NCBI GenBank assembly: GCA_965237955.1
Contig: OZ250169.1
Location: forward strand, 1,312,001-1,376,000
Origin: Candidatus Marinacidobacterales bacterium
Lineage (GTDB): Bacteria; Acidobacteriota; Vicinamibacteria; Marinacidobacterales; SMYC01
Direction of reading: 5' to 3'
DNA length: 64,000 bases
Shown one piece after another: positions 63,055 through 64,000 of the stretch. A model generated the notes under the pieces. The model worked only from the letters and a program-made list of their open reading frames with translations, searched no databases and had not been told where the DNA came from. The number at the start of each line of letters is the position of its first letter. The stretch's first letter is position 1. The position numbers were made by a program, and so were the translations under genes.

Positions 63055-64000
63055 TTAGGGTTGTCTCACCCCAATCGTTACATTCGAGTACGTCACGTGC
63101 TCCAGCGTTTCCGATCGGGGCGCCATACCGAGCTCGACCCAGTGGGTGGCTGGGCGGTAGAGGTTGTCGTAGTTGCGCGCCATGATCTCTCGGCCGTCGA
63201 GAATGACGCGCGCGCGCTGGCTGGACACGATCGACGGAAACGCGCCCCACGCCAGGCGGAAGTGGTAGCTCCGGTTCGGATCCCAATCGAACAAGTCGAT
63301 CCCGGTGTTGGTCTCCTGTCCGTTCGAGATGAAACGCAGTCGCATGTGCCAACGGTTGACGAGGCGCGTATCGAACTTCGCAATGTGCACGCGGAACGGG
63401 TTCTCGGTGTAGTCGCCGCGCGAGGGATCCCACATGATCACGAGGTTGCGTTTGTTCGAGTTCGGATTGGGGTTGCGCAAGCCCTTCACGTCGAACTCGA
63501 CGAAGCCGTTGACGGTCGTCGGGATCCGGTACCGAATCGAGGAGTTCGCGTCCGTGGTGAACCAGCCTCCGGCGCGAAACTCGCCGCCTCCGACGTCGCC
63601 CACCGACATACCGTTCGTGAGCGGATCGAACACGAGAATATTGTCGACCGGCGTGTCCGAGCTGAAACCGGACTCGATCTCGAAGCTCGTGACGGTGGAG
63701 TAAGGACCGTCGGCACCTTCCGCGGAAGCCCGCGCGCGCCAGTTGAACGTTCCCGACTGCAATGCCGGGGCGACGATCCACGACGTGGTCCCTGCGCCCT
63801 CGGGGAGGTTGTCCGCGGCGGCGACAATACTAGAAAAGCCCGAATCGCTAGCCACTTCGAAACGATAGCGAAGACCGCTTGCGCCGGTTGCATTGACCAC
63901 CGTCAGCGCGGGTGTCGGGTCGGTGACGGTCGACCCGCTCGCGGGTGAGCGGGGTGTCGGTGCCGTGATCGTTGGTGATGTGCTCGTCGGCTCATTCGAT
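63055..64000 (-). CDS. Secreted beta-rich hypothetical protein (5'-partial)
   Basis: Frame is open to the window end (APTPRSP...TPALTVVNAT...YRFEVASDSGF...WRARA); Ig/Fn3-like region followed by a lectin-like beta region. Confidence 0.7.
   Translation of the reverse strand, partial: SNEPTSTSPTITAPTPRSPASGSTVTDPTPALTVVNATGASGLRYRFEVASDSGFSSIVAAADNLPEGAGTTSWIVAPALQSGTFNWRARASAEGADGPYSTVTSFEIESGFSSDTPVDNILVFDPLTNGMSVGDVGGGEFRAGGWFTTDANSSIRYRIPTTVNGFVEFDVKGLRNPNPNSNKRNLVIMWDPSRGDYTENPFRVHIAKFDTRLVNRWHMRLRFISNGQETNTGIDLFDWDPNRSYHFRLAWGAFPSIVSSQRARVILDGREIMARNYDNLYRPATHWVELGMAPRSETLEHVTYSNVTIGVRQP

Noticed and set aside
61316-64000. Genomic island integrated at tRNA-Val
   Set aside because: No integrase, no duplicated tRNA 3' end within the window, and flanking genes have host-like composition.

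Overview
A GC-rich bacterial chromosomal segment. Gene content (sigma-54 regulators, DUF4388 proteins, Hanks-type kinases, paired M16 peptidases, an FG-GAP/ASPIC protein) suggests Acidobacteriota, but this is inference only. Most of the window is housekeeping: radC, larC, tatD, yajQ, polyprenyl synthase, rlmN, RNase P RNA, gcvTHP, thyA-folA, rlmL, ggt and tRNA-Val(TAC). Small accessory inserts and scars lie between these genes. Main observations: (1) an ISL3 element with an 8-bp target duplication splits a mazF toxin and carries about 480 nt of non-coding DNA with strand-asymmetric nested hairpins whose stems contain DnaA-box-like 9-mers; (2) that TA/IS islet is bracketed by a 36/37-identical duplication of internal larC sequence; (3) a candidate DNA-uptake locus, comEA-fimT-like pilin-spoVG, sits behind a complete sigma-54 enhancer architecture and converges on a catalytically degenerate PilB/GspE paralogue with a Cys-rich domain and an MshEN motif, near two DUF4388 proteins with MshEN-like motifs; (4) heptamer-repeat tracts and a fold-back element mark several junctions; (5) several genes carry frameshifts or nonsense codons, and real decay cannot be fully separated from sequencing error. 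No CRISPR array or rRNA was seen. All family assignments come from motif recognition by eye, not database searches.
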